Positions 44,151-57,926 of a stretch of DNA of 64,000 nt are shown here, in pieces (the stretch's first letter is position 1; each line of letters starts with the position of its first letter). Below the pieces are notes generated by a model. It was not told where the DNA came from and did no database searches. It was given only the letters and a program-made list of their open reading frames with translations. The stretch is from assembly GCF_009914755.1 (NCBI RefSeq), contig NC_060925.1. The stretch is one strand, 5' to 3'. The position numbers and the translations under genes were made by a program. The stretch is from the human T2T-CHM13v2.0 reference genome, Homo sapiens.

Positions 44151-45227
44151 TGGGTCTTCATAAATATGCATTAAACAAAAGAACTAACCAAGGAGCTTCA
44201 CGCACTGCAAAACTGAATTCTTACTAAATGAAAATGCTGACACACACCAAACTTCAGGAATATAACCCATACCGCTATGGTAAAAACTATTATAAAAACC
44301 AATTACTGTATTTCACCAGATCCCATTTAAAATAGTTTATTACAGACTGAGTCATTTAAGTTTTCTAAGGAGCCACAAACGTATTGTGGGTTTTTTTTTT
44401 TTTTTTCTCCAGGCCAAATTCAATTCTATCTCAATGACAAAGCTTGGAGGCTATTTATATAAGGGAAGTAGAAGTAGGGAGAATCTACCTGAATAATTCA
44501 GGACCAAAAGCTCTTTATTGCAAAATGGAATGAGGGGAGGGTGCTGAGGTCTCAAGAGCAGGATGAGATTAATGATCAAGATTGCAGCAGGAAGTCAGTG
44601 AGACTTCCCCGGCCTGTGAGATCAGGAGAAGCCCTAAGGGGCATCTCCCACCTCCCATTTCTCCCACACATTTACCCACTCCTAGAAATCCTGTTAACTG
44701 TTAATTTCCGAGGCTTAAACTCTCAGGGCCCTGTGTTGCCCATGCAGCTTTACTCTGTTCTGCTCCTACCTCCCTGGACACAAATGTTGGGCAGTTGAGA
44801 GTTTTCTTGGCATCTATCAAAGAATTGGGGGCTTACATGGCAGAATCATCACATCAGACTCTGCCATTGAGATGGTGTCATGCCTTGCTCGAAACTCTCC
44901 AATGAAAGGAACCAGCTACCAATACCTGCAACATGGATGACTCTTAAAAGCATTATGTTGGGCCATCAAAGAGGATATACTGAGAGTATATACTGAGTGA
45001 CTCATTCATATGAAACTCTGCAAAAGAGTTTAGTGAGAGAAAGCAGATTAGTGGTTGTCAGAGCTGGGGGTGAGAGATAAAGGTTGGGGACTGCCTGGCT
45101 GGGAAATAGTGCAAGGAACATTTGGGGGTGATGGAAATGTCTTACATCTCAAATGAGATGTTGATTAGATGAGATGTACACATTGGGCAAACTCCAAGGA
45201 ACTGTACATTTAAAATAGGTAATTTAC

Positions 45228-45410
45228 AGCCAGTCACAGTGGCTCACGCCTGTATTCCCAGGGTTTTGAGAGGCCAAGCGGGGAGGATTGCTTGAGCCTA
45301 GCAGTTGGAGACCAGCCTGGGCAAGACAGTGAGACCCCATTTTATTTACCTATTTACTTATATTTTGGATAGCATCTCCAAAATATAAGTAAATAGGTAA
45401 ATAAAATAAA
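45228..45410 (+). mobile_element. Free left Alu monomer (FLAM-like)
   Basis: 'gtggctcacgcctgtattccca...gaggccaagcggggaggattgcttgagcc...gagaccagcctgggcaa...gtgagacccc'. Single arm, A-rich tail, imperfect TSD aaat(a)ggtaattt. Confidence 0.85.
45339..45407. repeat. Perfect 31-bp inverted repeat with a 7-nt spacer
   Basis: attttatttacctatttacttatattttgga (45339-45369) is the exact reverse complement of tccaaaatataagtaaataggtaaataaaat (45377-45407). Confidence 0.95.
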
Positions 45411-47659
45411 TGGTAATTTTATTTTATGTAAACTATATTATAATAGAGTTAGTGAAAAACAAATCAAAACAAAACGAACCTTCAATGGATCCAATCCTCA
45501 GGGTAAAAGACCTTATTATAGCCTATAAGGCCTTGAAAAAGCCACTCTTCCTTTCCTTTTCCTGCCTCCTCCTCTTTACCCTTTATGCCCCAGCCACAGA
45601 TATCTCCTCACTGTTCAAAACTGGCCAGGCCTGCTCCTGCCTCAGGGTCTTTGCAGTTGACATCCCTTCTGCCTGCTACACTGGCACTTCTCCCAGAACT
45701 CCACCTGGCTTAGCCCCTCGCTTCCTCCAAGGCTTTGAACAAATGTCACCTTCTCAGTGAAGCCTTCCCGGTTTGACTCCTGCCTGCCTTTCACCCTGAG
45801 TGTGCACGCACACACACACACACACAGTTCTCCCGTCAAACAGAAGAGTTCATGTATTCAGGAATACACGTTGTTCTTTTGTGCTTCTCTGTCTTTGCCC
45901 TTGATGCTCTTTATGCCTTTTCTCACTGTACCACCTGGCTGCACAGAGAGGTAAAGAAACTTGTTCATGGTCACACAGCTATTAAGTGGCAGAGGTGGGA
46001 TTTAAATCCAGCCATCCCATCCAGAGCCTATGCATTCAGCCACTGCATTACACTCACATGTACATGCAAGCATGAAGGAAGGCAGTGGAATCATTTAGGC
46101 TGAATTCCATTCTGTTCCTCTTCTCCCCCCTCCTGACTTCCCCCAGGATCCTCTTTAATTTTGCTCCCTCTTAGAATCATAATTAAAGGAGAGAAACACA
46201 AAGAGAGATTCTCCCTTTCAAACCTTTCTGTCCACATTAACTTCACTACGGGGGGCTTGGGGAATTCCAAGTTCACCCAGAAAATTGCTATTGCAGTACA
46301 ACATAAAATGTATTTAAGCAATTACACTCAATTTTTTTTTCTTTTTGGTAAATTGACTTCTGTTAAGTGGGGCTTCATTAATGGAATCTGGCTTGGGGAG
46401 AATTAAAAAAAAATCACTCCCTGTAATGCATGTAGTTGATTATAGAAAAGTGGCTTTGAGCTCCTCTGCAGAAAGCTCTGAGCCATTCCCTTCATGAAGA
46501 AGAGCTCAGAGCAGATTTTGTGGGAAGCATTTCTTCTTAAGAAGCTTCTCATGCAGTCGGGATGTTGGGGAGCTGAGAGATACCCCCATCAAGATGACAA
46601 CAGTGACTGTGCAAGGAATTGCTGCCTAATTGTAAGTCGAGGGGGAGGAGTGTTAGGAGATCTTAGTTTAAATCTTAGCATCCCTGAAAACTGACATCTT
46701 CAGGAGAACATTCATTCATGCAATCACCAAGCACATATTTTGTAAAAGGCACTGTGCTCGCAAGTGAGGGCCACTCCCACTGTGGTTCCCTAGATATAGG
46801 GAGTCCCTGAAAAGCCTGTAATGTACACGATTCAGCTGCAATGCCTTCTTTTCTGTTCAGCCTCCATTCCTTCTCCATCAATAGCATCTGGCTTCTGTCC
46901 TCCCAGAGCATCTCCTGTGGGCATTATCTGTTAAGTAAGCTATGTGCATGGCCCTGGTCTGATTCAGAGTTGAAGCACTTCTGCATCCCAGTACTAAGTA
47001 TAAACCATCCCTCCCCATCCCCAAGGCTGGCCTAGGAGAATGTGAAATATAGGAGGTCCTCACCACCTTATCCCCACTCCCAAGCCCTCTTCCCTTCCCA
47101 CCTGTCACCTGCTTTCCTCCCTGATGAATGGAGAGGACACCAGGATACAATCAGAGAAACCCTTTTGAAAATGTCTTTGTCAGTGGTGGGCAAATAGTCC
47201 CAAGGCCCTTGTTTGAGGCTGATCCCTCCTCTGCCAAACCTAAGCCACCTCTCATTCCTGAAGCAAACCTTTAATGACTCAGCCTTGACACCCATTCTTA
47301 TCAAAATGCTTTCCAAAATCAGTTTTCCTTTAGCTAAACTCCTAGGACTTGCTATGTCAAGATAAATTCTTTCCCCAAGACAATCCCATGATGTTATATA
47401 TTTTCCAGGAACTGAGTGAATGCCTGGGACAAATGGAAGTTTCTTTTGAATATGAGTTGCTGGGCCTTATCTTTGAAAAGAGGCCCCTCAGCCTCCCAAG
47501 GCTTTTTTTTTTACCAGCAGTGCCTGCCCACCCTGGTTGTGTGGACAGCTCTGAAAGATCTGAGCCAGCCTTTAAAGATTCAATTCCCGGCTACCTAGTA
47601 TGTGTTTGGGGTTGGTTACTATGCTCTGAACAAACCAAAGCTTTCCCCCAGTCGTTTCT

Positions 47660-48350
47660 GCTCCTTAGTGCAACTGCTCCCCCTAATCTACACCATCCTC
47701 CTGGTCACCCAACCCAGGCAGCATCCTCAACTCCCCACTCTCCTTCACCCCTATCGCCAATTGTGGCCAAGTCTTCTCCATTTCATGTCCTCATCGTTTC
47801 TCACCTGGACTACAGAGATGGGCTTCTGATTTGCCCTCTGCCTCTGATCGATCTTCCATACTTTGTGGGGAATTTTGATCAAATCCCTGCATTGCTGGAA
47901 AGCCAGCAGCAATGGTTGAACCCACTGGCTCCAGAATAAAGTCCAAGCTTTTTAATGTCTTTCCTCTTCAATGACACACACTTTGAGATCCAGCTACACA
48001 GAATGGCTTGTACATCCTGGAATGCGACTAGTACTTTCGTGTCTCCAGACCTTTGCACATGCTATTCCCTCTGCCTGTAATGCCCTTTTCCTGTTGCCCC
48101 ACCTGGCTACTTGGGAAAATATCACTGATCCTATAAACCTAACTAAATATTTCCTTTCCTCTATCTCTCCCTCTCCCTGCCCCCAGTGGACATGGCCCTG
48201 CCATGATCCTGGGCATACCAAATTGTACTCATCTTTTGAGTTGACCATCTCTTCAACTAGCAGGCAAGCTCCATGGGAGCTGGAATAAAATCTTCTTTTT
48301 GTCTCAGTATCTCTGGTGCACAGCACAGTGCCTGGCACACAGAACAAATA
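47660..48350 (+). mobile_element. LINE-2 3' portion
   Basis: 'ctcacctggactac', 'cctttgcacatgctattccctctgcctgtaatgccc' and 'cagcacagtgcctggcacacag'. Confidence 0.7.
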
Positions 48351-48362
48351 CATTTCATAGAA

Positions 48363-48572
48363 CAGGGGTTGGCAAACTATAGCTTGCTGCCTGTCTTTGT
48401 AAATATGGTTTTACCAGATTGCAACCATGCCCATTCATTCATTTACAAATTGTCTGTGGCTGCTTCCACATTGCAATGACAGAGTTAAGGAGTTGTGCAA
48501 GATGATGACTTGCAAAGCCCAAAATATTTATTTTCTGGCTTCTTACAGAAAAAAAAGTTTGCTAATTCCTAC
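48363..48572 (-). mobile_element. MER58A-like DNA transposon
   Basis: Terminal 'caggggttggcaaact' and 'ttacagaaaaaaaagtttgctaattcct'. Confidence 0.75.
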
Positions 48573-51500
48573 CATAGAAGCCTCACAGATGATGTAGTTG
48601 GTTGGTAAATAAAAATTTAATTTCTAAGTAGGGAATCATAAAAAAGGACACAGATGTAGCTTCAACATTTCATTATAATGTAAAACACTTAAGCATACAT
48701 TTATTTGCCAATCAGTTTAATGCAGGACCAAGGCCTTCCCTTTGATCATGGGTTTGTTCTCCACATTGTCTGTCTTATATAAACTACAACCACAATGCAT
48801 CATTCACCATTTCAAATGTTGCTACAGATCGTCCAGCCAACAAATATTTCTTGAGCACCTACTGTGTGCCAGAAATTGACATCCATTCTCATCAAGGTGA
48901 TAAGGATGCTTTGTCCCATCCCCCTCCCCTCATGTAATTTACCCAGTGGGGTACAGTTGTCTCATTCACTCACACCTAATATTTAGTAAGCAATTCTTTT
49001 AAGAGACTCTCCTTCATGGAATCATTCCAAAGCATTCAATTTAGTTTCCATAGATGCAACTATATTTCCTTTCACACTCATATTTCATCAGTTTATGTGA
49101 TGTTTAATTTAAATCACATAATTACAATAACAAGTATGACTGGCACTGAGAGACTTGGCAACAAACCCAACTGAATCTCGGAAAGTGCAAGACTCAGCTG
49201 ATAGGAGCAGAAGTGCACAGGCATTGAGGGTGGGGGTGGGAGACTGCCTGTTGGCAGCAGTTGCTGGGGGTGCCATGGGCACCAGTCAGGAAGATCTACT
49301 GAGGCCATGGGAGTGCTGGGTAGTCCAGCTGGCTTCTTTGGGGGAGGCAGGGTGGGTTAAGAACACTTTTATTGGACATGTTTGTGAATGAATGAATAAA
49401 TGAACAAACAGCAGTAGCTTACTTTCAGTGGTGGGATATCGAATTACATCCCCTCTGCTATCAGGAGAGTGGGAACCAGCTAACCTTAAAATCTGAGATT
49501 TGAGAAGGACTTCAAAGGTCTTCTAGGTCTAATGCCCAGCTATATTTGAGTCTCAACCACAGCATTCTTGAAAAACGGTCAATTATGATCTATTTTGAAT
49601 GTTCCCAACAATTAAGAATTTACCTTCTTGCCAAATTCTCTCTCCCAATCTTGATCCATCCCCATTCTTTTCTTAGCTACTTCCTACTCATCGTGCAGGT
49701 GTATCAGCCCCTGGCTCAGGAAACCTGTCCTTTGTTGCTAGGTCTGGTTTACTTCTCCTTTGTCCCCTCTGGGCACCCTGCACTTTCTCCACCATAGTGC
49801 TTCTCTCACCATGCATTGCTGAACTATGAGCTCCCTGAAGACAGGAGCTGTTTCTTTCTTTGGTACCTTGGAGAGTGCTTGACATAAAGAAAGGGCTCAG
49901 TAAATATCACTCAGTGGAAGAAGGGATGATTGGCCGAATGAATGAATGAATGAGAGCCTGCTGGTGAAAGCAGAGGTTACATGTGGGGAAAAGCAGAGAA
50001 AGAGGCAGTGAGCAGGTGAGCCAGGGAATAGGAGGGAGGGCCTCCAGTGCCACGCGGGCTTCACCCGGGTTTCCCATGGCACTGCCCACTCCTGTCAAGA
50101 CATGCTTCCCCAGTCCTAGTTCCTCAGCTCTGGCTGTGCCCCACTACCTGCTTCACTTAGCAGCTGCTGGTACCTTCCTGGGGATTCTTCTCATGCTGAC
50201 CTATCCCCAAAGCAGCAACAGTGAGGTCTGCTAATCAATGTGGGCAAATGTTCCCCTTTCCCCAGAAGCAACTCAATAAACTCAACAAATTATCAGAACT
50301 CTTTCTTGCTCAGCTAATTGTTAGCTCCAGGGAACCCACAGAAACCACATCAGGTAAATGTTTTTCCTCCAGATGCACGGCTCTCTGGAGGACACATGTC
50401 TGAGGCTTGGAGTGCTGAGGAACAGGGAGCCTGGCTGTTGCCGGGATGAGGGCTTCCTCACCAACACGCTGGGTCTTGTGTATGGGGTGGTGGCATATTG
50501 CGAAGGTCTAGGGGTGGCTTGGTGTGTCAGTTTCCTTCCATTGCTAGCTCAGCTGCTCAGCTGGCAGAGCTGATGGGTAAGGTGTTTCCTGCCTCTATAG
50601 AGAGGATCTTCCCATCGTGCTGAAGTGACAGAACAGGGTTGGGTCTGAAGATCAGAACTGGTGCTGATGCCAAGCTCTGGGTGAAGAGGCTTGTGGGTGG
50701 ATCCCCAGCTGCTTTTCTGAGTTGCCCACTCCGTCCTTTACTGTCTCCAGGTCTAAATCAGGCAGTTCTACTCTCTTATGAAGACCAGAAGCCTTTGAAG
50801 ATCAGTCTCCTTCCCTCAACCCACAGCTCCTGACAGGGGTAGCCATGTACATCATATGACCCATAGGCTACAGCTGATTGGATCCTGGTGGTCATGTGTC
50901 CCAAGCTGGGCCAATGAGCTGATGGAACTTCTATCAGGAAGGTAGGTCCCTATGGCCCCCATTTGAGGTTTGGATGGAGAGAAGGGCTGAGTACTCACTT
51001 TAATGAGGAGAAGACCCCACAGGCTTGGCTTTCCCAGGGGAGATTTGGGAAATGGTGTCCTAGCATCATTTCTTCCACTTCTGTTGCTGCCTCCCCAACT
51101 TGCCCTTATTACTTTTATATGATGTCCTGAACCTTGTACATTTATCCTCCAGGAGTCAGTCTGACTGGACAGAATCTAAGAGCAGTCTCCACTCTGACCA
51201 GCTGCTGAGGCTTTAGCTGGCTGTCCCCTGTCCCCAGCCCAAGTCTCTATTATATGTCAGATCTGAGATCCGGGAAGGCAGTCCTGAGGACTGGCAGCCT
51301 CCATGCTCTAGGATGTTAAAGCCTATCCCCATCAGGCTTGGCCCAGAAACAGGGTGCAGGCCTCAAGAGCGTGGTGACTACAGCATATTCACACTCAACT
51401 CTACTCAACCCTCTTCTTCTTCCTGACTGGAGTCTCTGCCTAAGTAAAGATGACACCTATCTGGCTCATCACCTGTCTTGTTCCTCACAGAAGCAATAGG

Positions 51501-52619
51501 TTTAAAAAGGTTAAGGGTTAAGGGCCAGGCCTTCGGAACCAGACAGTGCTATATTTGAATCTGCGTTCTACTGTTTCCTAGTTGTGTGAACATGGGCATG
51601 CAACGTAACTTCTCTGAGCCTCAGTTTCCTCGTCTGTGCAATGGGATTCCTCTGAGCAGCAGTGCTCATGTGTATAATGTGTCCAAGTCTGTGCCTGGCA
51701 TACAGTAGGTGCCTCACAAATGTGAACTATTTTCCCCCTGCCTTGCTGGGGTTTGAGAAGAGGTGGTGGGATCTTACCAATGCCTTGAACCCAACCCTTC
51801 AGAGTAGACCGCAGAGCAGCCTGGCTTAGTTTTCTCCAGGGAAATGAGGCACCTGCATCTACTCTGGTGATAGAGCAGTGCAGGGGTAGAAGGACAGGGC
51901 ACTCTGTGGTACCCAGACCAGCCAGTACACCTGGCCATCAACTTCCCTCTTTCTCTGGGGAACCCCAGCCTGGCCTCCACTGGCTCCTGCTTTCCCAGCC
52001 TTGCCCACTTTCCACCTGTCACTGGCAGACATGACTTGGAGAAGGAACCTGCTTCCTGCCATAGAGGGTGGCACCGCTTGCCTTGCAGAAGCCTCCGCTG
52101 CTTGTAATTAGTACTATTTCTCACCCAGAGGGACTGTTGTAAATGGCTTCTTGAGGAGCTGCCCACATCAGTGTGTGCCTGCCACTTAACTGCCACTCTG
52201 AGTTTGAGCATCATGGATGTCCCTTCCCCTGTTAGGAGGCAGCTAGTGGTCCCTGCCAGAGATCAGCAGCTCTGATGTCCAGAAGAATGAGTGAGCTGCC
52301 CAACAGCTGGAGGATGGGTGGGCTAAACATCTCACACACACTAAGGCTAGTGAGCAAGTGGTCCTAGAGTCCCATGGAGCTGAGTTCTAATCCTGCCTTC
52401 ATTGTCTGCTGGCCATGTGACCTTGGAGAGGTGGCTTCACTTCTCTGAGCCCTTCTTTCCCCAGTTTATATCTCATAGTGCGATTGTGAGTGACGCTCAC
52501 AAAGTTCCCTCTAAGGCCTCAAGACACGACATCTACAATTCTTGGCCCTGCCATATCTCTGTACAGCAAGGTAGACTCGTAGGCAAAGGGAATAATATTT
52601 ACTGAGTAGAAACTAATTT

Positions 52620-52850
52620 GGGGTAGAGACTTAGCACGCAGGCCCTAGAAGAAGACTGCCTGGGTTCAAGTATCATCAGCTCTAAACTTACTGTCTCACT
52701 TTGGGCAAGTAACTGACCTGCTTTAGGCCTCAGTTTCCCCATCTATATAGTAAGGATAATAACAGCACCCACTTCATTGAGTGGTTAAAAGGTTTAAGTG
52801 AGGTGATGCATATAAAAGGTGCCTGGCACATAGCATGTGCCCAAAAAGCA
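52620..52850 (+). mobile_element. MIR SINE
   Basis: 'ttgggcaagtaactgacctgctttaggcctcagtttccccatctatatagtaaggataataacagcaccc'. Confidence 0.7.
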
Positions 52851-54684
52851 TCAAAAATGGGGGAGAGGAGAATTCCTCTCTTCTTGTATTGCTTGCTGCC
52901 GTCCACCTGGATTAATGCCTTATACTTTGGCTTTCAGATGGGAGAAATCCAGATCACATCCACCTACAGAAGAAATGATTGGCTGCTATGGATTGTAGCT
53001 AAACCATAGGAAGAGTAGAGTTGTAGCTGGCCCCAGGGATGGCCAGAACCAAGAACTCAGATGCTACAAAGGCCCTCTCTCGGTGCCCCATCTCTGTTGT
53101 GCTCTGCCTGCTGGCATCATTCTCTCTACTGCAAATGGCGGCTGCTTGAGGCTGGAGCCATGACCACCCTTAGTAGCTCTGTGATTCACTCTCTCACCTT
53201 CACCACTAGAGAGATGACAATCTCTCTCCGTGACTCTAATTAGAAAAAGCCCATCAGAGGCCTCTGATTAGTTTAGCTGGGGAATGTACCCATTCCTGGG
53301 GCCAAGGAGGTAGCCTCCACTAGAACCCCATGACTAGTTTGGGGACAATTCTCCAAAAGAAGGAATGTGCTCAAAAGAAGTGAGGAGTGCTAGGCAGACA
53401 AAACAAAAGATGTCTACTGTGGATGAAAGAGAAGTAGGTGGACTGAATAATCAGGGCCACTCTCCTATGCTATAAAGGAGTAGGTTTTTAAAGACCTGTG
53501 AGGAGTATCCATAGATCACTGTGTGAGTTATCAACCCAGAGTTGGTCTTGTTCTAGATCTGTCCTGTATCCTTTCATAGGTAGCCAGGCATCCCCCAACC
53601 AGGCTGATCCCATTCTGTGTCTAATCATCTGACCACTGCCTGCCCACCTGCCCACTAGTCCATTGGGCTGGGTGCTGACACTTCGCCTGGCTTTGGCAAG
53701 CCTCTGCCCTTGGGAGTAGATGCAGGCTCCGTGCTTATCTTCAGATGCTGGTGAAGTTCTATGGGTCATCCAAGTCAGTTGACCTCCTGGACTTAGAACA
53801 TCCCATGACCTAGAGATAAGTTGACTAGATCTATCCAGAATGAGGATCAACCCAGATTAGAAAAGACTCACCTGAATCTTTTAAACGTTGAAATTTAGAT
53901 AACTTTTTCTCCTTCCTTCTTCCCTCCTCCTGCAATACTTGGCCTTGTTCCTTCCCAGTTGCTTCCTTACCCTAGCCCCAGCCAAGGGAGTTCCTAGACT
54001 ACCAGTAGAGGCTAAACATATGAGCCAAGGGGTCAAACAAGCTTGAGTTCGAAGCCTGGCTCTGCCACTTATTGCTGTGTGGCCTTGGATAAATTAATCT
54101 CTCTTTTCACGCTTCCAGGCTTCCAGAGATGATGTACCCAAAGTATGATCATCATTTTTATTAAAATATTGTGCTCACATCTGATTGATTAACAGTTCCT
54201 GGCACGAGGTCAGTGCCAAAGAGCCTTGGACTGACTGCTTATGGCCTGGCCTCCCTATCTGGTTTCTTACTATGTAGCGATCCAAGTGAATTCAGATGAT
54301 TCCCTGGACTACCACCCTCCTTCCTGGGACACATCCATCCCTCAAACACTGTTCATCACTGGCCATCAAAGCAGCAGCCACACTGCTCCAGCAACTCAAC
54401 AGCTATTTATTGAGATGGGTGTGTGAGTACATGAGTGAGTGAATGAACTGAAAGAACGTAAGAGTGAATTAACTGCTAAGTGAATTAGTGAATTAGTGAC
54501 TTAATGAGTCAGCGAGTGAAGAAGAGTGTGCAGGATTGAATATATCATGTTCTTTTCCCTCAACAAATTGAATATGCCGTGGTATAAAACTTTCACCCTC
54601 AAATGTGTCTTCTTCATTAACACAAGCAGGGGTTAAGAATGGCAGAAGAAAAGTTACAGACCAGCAGCCAGAGGAGAAAGATAC

Positions 54685-55195
54685 TGTGCTAGTTTCCTAT
54701 TGCTGCCTTAACAAATAACTGTACATTTAAGGGCTTAAAGAACACAAATTTATTGTGTTATAATTCTGGAGGTTAGAATCCAAAATGGGTTTCAGCAGGC
54801 CAAGATCAAGGTGTGGGGAGGACTGAGCCCCTCTGGTGGCACTAGGGGACAATCCTTTTGCTTGCCTTTTCCAGCTGCTAGTAGCCACCTGCATTTCTTG
54901 GCTTGTGGCCTCTTTCCCTTGTCTTCAATATCAGCAGTGTAGCATCTTCAAATCTCTCTCCACCTCTGATCCTCTGCTTCTCTCATCACATCTCCTCTGA
55001 CTGTGACACTCCTGCCTTCCTCTTACAAAGGCCATGTGATTCTATCAGGCCCACCTGATAATCCAGGATCATCTCCCTAGCTCTAAATCCTTAGAGTAAT
55101 CTTATCTACAAAGTCCCTTTTACCAAGTAAGGAACAAATTCACAGGTTTCAGGGCTTAGGACGCCAGCATCTTTGGAGAGGCATTCTTCTGCCAC
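54685..55195 (-). mobile_element. MaLR solo LTR (MLT1D/E-like)
   Basis: 'tgtgctagtttcctattgctgccttaacaaat...aacacaaatttattgtgttataattctggagg' through 'catctttggagaggcattcttctgcc'. Confidence 0.8.
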
Positions 55196-55544
55196 TTGCA
55201 GATGCCTTGTTCAGAGGGTAAATGCAACCAGTGAGTCCCACTCCACAGAGGAAGGGGCAGGAGGGGGATGAAGGAAGTTTCAAAGCATTTGACATACACA
55301 TGCTTATGCCAGGTATGTTTGCTGTTGTTGCTGTGGCCTGAGCACTGAGGGTTTTGGAAAGCTTAGGTGATTCCATCATGCTGCAAAATCTGAGAGATAC
55401 TTTGACAGAGATATGCTAGGAGCATATGCTGCTGTAATTGAGGGTAAAATCTGGCCCTGTGATTCCTGGAGATGATGGATCAAGAGCAGGGTGTCTTTAC
55501 CCTGGCTGCACATTGCTATCAACTGGAAAGATTTTTCTTTAAAA

Positions 55545-56170
55545 AAATGTTATTTTGAAATAAGAGTGCAAAGATCATACAGAAATGTCCTGTATACCCT
55601 TCACCCCGATTCCCTAATGTTGGCATCTTACATAACCCTGGGTCATGCATAAAAACTAAGAAATCAGCAATGGTACAGTACTATTAACTAAATGAAACAT
55701 TTTATTCAGATTTCCCCAGATTTCCACCAGTGGCCCACTTTTTGTCTGTCACAGGATTCAGTCTAGCATCTCTCATTGCATTTGTCCTGTCTTCTTGGTT
55801 TCTTCCAATCTGCATCAGTTTCTTAGCCTTGCCCTGGTTTTTTAAAATCTTGACATTATTGAAGGGTACTGATCAGGTATTTGGTAGAATGTTCTTTATT
55901 TCAGTTTGTCTAATGTTTTTTCATAGACCTTGGCTATGGATTTTTGGGAAGAATATCATGGCGGTGAGATGCTGTTATTATGGCAACACAGAAAGGGGTT
56001 CTGTGATCTCAACATGACCTGTTATTGATGATGCTTACTTTGATCACTTGGTTAAAGTGGTGTCTGCCAGATTTCCCCACTGTAAAGTTACTATTTGTCC
56101 CTTTCCATGTTCTATTCATTAGTAGTGGGTGGCTAAGTCCAGCCCACACTGGAGAGGGGGAGTGCCATCT
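55545..56170 (-). mobile_element. L1M (L1MC-like) 3' fragment
   Basis: 'cctgtatacccttcacccc', 'ggtacagtactattaactaaa' and 'tttgatcacttggttaaagtggtgtctgccagattt'. Confidence 0.7.
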
Positions 56171-56419
56171 GTTTTTATTCCTATCATTTCAATTTGTTTA
56201 ATCCTCATGGCTTTATTATCACCTCACTACTTTTTAGAGATATGGTTGTAATGAGCTAGACTTGCCCAAAGTTACTCAGCTAGTAAATGGCAAAGCTAGA
56301 ATTTGAACTTATATGTGTCTGGCTTAAAAGGCCATGTTCTTTCCACTTCATGTTACTGCCACCAAGTAAAGAGGATCTCACAGTCTCCGAGGCGGAAGCT
56401 CCCTCTCAGCTTGTCTGGA

Positions 56420-56811
56420 CAGTGTTTTTCAAATCCATTCTTGGAGTGTGACCCATCAGTGGGTCATGAGGTCAGTCTGTGGGTGGCATTTTAAATAACA
56501 ACATAAAGTAAAGGTGACTACAACAGAGTAGAAAATAAGAGTATGTCACACAAGTAGAAATTTTTTATCTCTATATCTTCTCTGTGCTTTGCTACCTTCA
56601 TCTGAATTCACTTATCCTTGTATGGAGATAAAAATAGCCCTCCCATAGGCTTGTTATGAGGACTGAATGGAATGAGGTACATAAAGTGCTTAGAAGAGAG
56701 ACTGGCTCATATTAAGCATTATATAAATATTAAGTATGTATGTATGTAAACGAGTCATGATGTAAAATGTATTTCTTATTGCAGACTGCAATCAAGATGT
56801 TTGAAAATACT
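56420..56811. mobile_element. hAT-type MITE with terminal inverted repeats and a nested MIR fragment
   Basis: TIR-like ends cagtgtttttcaaa ... tttgaaaatactg. MIR-like core at about 56600-56735. Confidence 0.5.
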
Positions 56812-57224
56812 GAACTCACATCTGTAGACGAGGAGTTGGCAGATTTACGACCCCCAGCTTGCAGCCTATTTTTTAAAAATAAGGTTTTATTGGAACATAG
56901 CCACACTCATTGGTTTAGGTATTTTCTATGGTTACTTTCGAGGTATAGTGGCAGAGCTGGGTACCTGCAACAGAAACCCTGTGGTTCACCAAGCCTATCA
57001 TATTTACTACCTGGCCCTCTAGACCAATGCTCCTGCCTGGAGGTCATCTCATAATCTAGGGAATATTGGACACCTCTTCCCGGGCATGTGGTCTGGTCAT
57101 GCTACTGTCCTTGCAGGCATGCTTGCTCTAGGCTGTGTGACTGCCAGGCACTTGGATCTCCAGAAGCTCATTACTCTTCTCTATTAAACTGATGCCTACA
57201 TGGTGAAAGGCTAAAACCATGGTA

Positions 57225-57690
57225 CTTTGGTCAGGGTCCCCGCAGGAAACAGATGGCCACTCAAATTAAAATGATTGGTGAGGGCAGAGTGTGGGAAAGT
57301 AGCAGAGACCTCAGAGGCTCATAAAAGTAGAGTTTTACCACCCTAGGCAGGAGGAGATAAAGAAAGGGGGCAATGCCTGTACTGGAAGGAGAGAGTCATT
57401 TAGAGAGGACACCTTATGAGGACCAGTGACCTTCAGTCCAGGGACACAGAACCAGCTCCAAGTGACCCTGGGGTGGGGATCCAGGAGAATAAATGCCTTG
57501 ACTTAACTTTCCTCCATCTCTGATCTCCTGTGGAGGGCCCCATTGACCAAAGTGAGATGGAAACCAGAGGGTATGGGATCCTCTGATGTGGCTCATACAG
57601 ACCAGCTTCCCAGGCCAGAGAAGGTTGAAGAGAGGTTGGAGAAGGCTGGAAAGGGGATCTGGAAGGGCAACTCTTAGATACCCAGCACAC
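57225..57690 (-). mobile_element. ERVL solo LTR (LTR33-like)
   Basis: 'gtcagggtccccgcaggaaacagatgg' ... 'ggatctggaagggcaactcttagatacccagcaca'. Confidence 0.6.
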
Positions 57691-57921
57691 AGCATTGATT
57701 TAGGAAGCCAGATTTATTTACCTTTCCTAAGCTCCCCTAAACAAGGACTTCCCCTGCTTCATCCTCCAAGTTGGAACTTTGACAACACCAAAAGGTTGAC
57801 ATAGCTTTTCCCTTTTACTGCCTTTTCTTCTTAAATCTGCTAGCTTCCCGATAGCTATTGTGGGTTAATCTTCCTGGATCTTATCATGAGAGGGATGGAA
57901 GGTTAAGAGGCACAGATAAGC

Positions 57922-57926
<5 letters not shown>

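Larger units (their letters stand above)
44900..45455 (+). mobile_element. L1M (L1MC/ME-like) 3' end, interrupted by an Alu monomer
   Basis: 'gcaacatggatgactcttaaaagcattatgttg', 'agcagattagtggttgtcagagctgggg' and 'tttgggggtgatggaaatgtctt'. Resumes 'tattttatgtaaactatatt' after the Alu. Confidence 0.75.

Noticed and set aside
47349-47939. 196-aa plus-strand ORF
   Set aside because: Non-ATG start, runs into an L2 relic, no domain similarity.
54420-54525. Irregular GTGA/TGAA repeats resembling a spaced array
   Set aside because: Degenerate L2 tail microsatellite. No constant repeat-spacer structure, and CRISPR is not expected in this genome.
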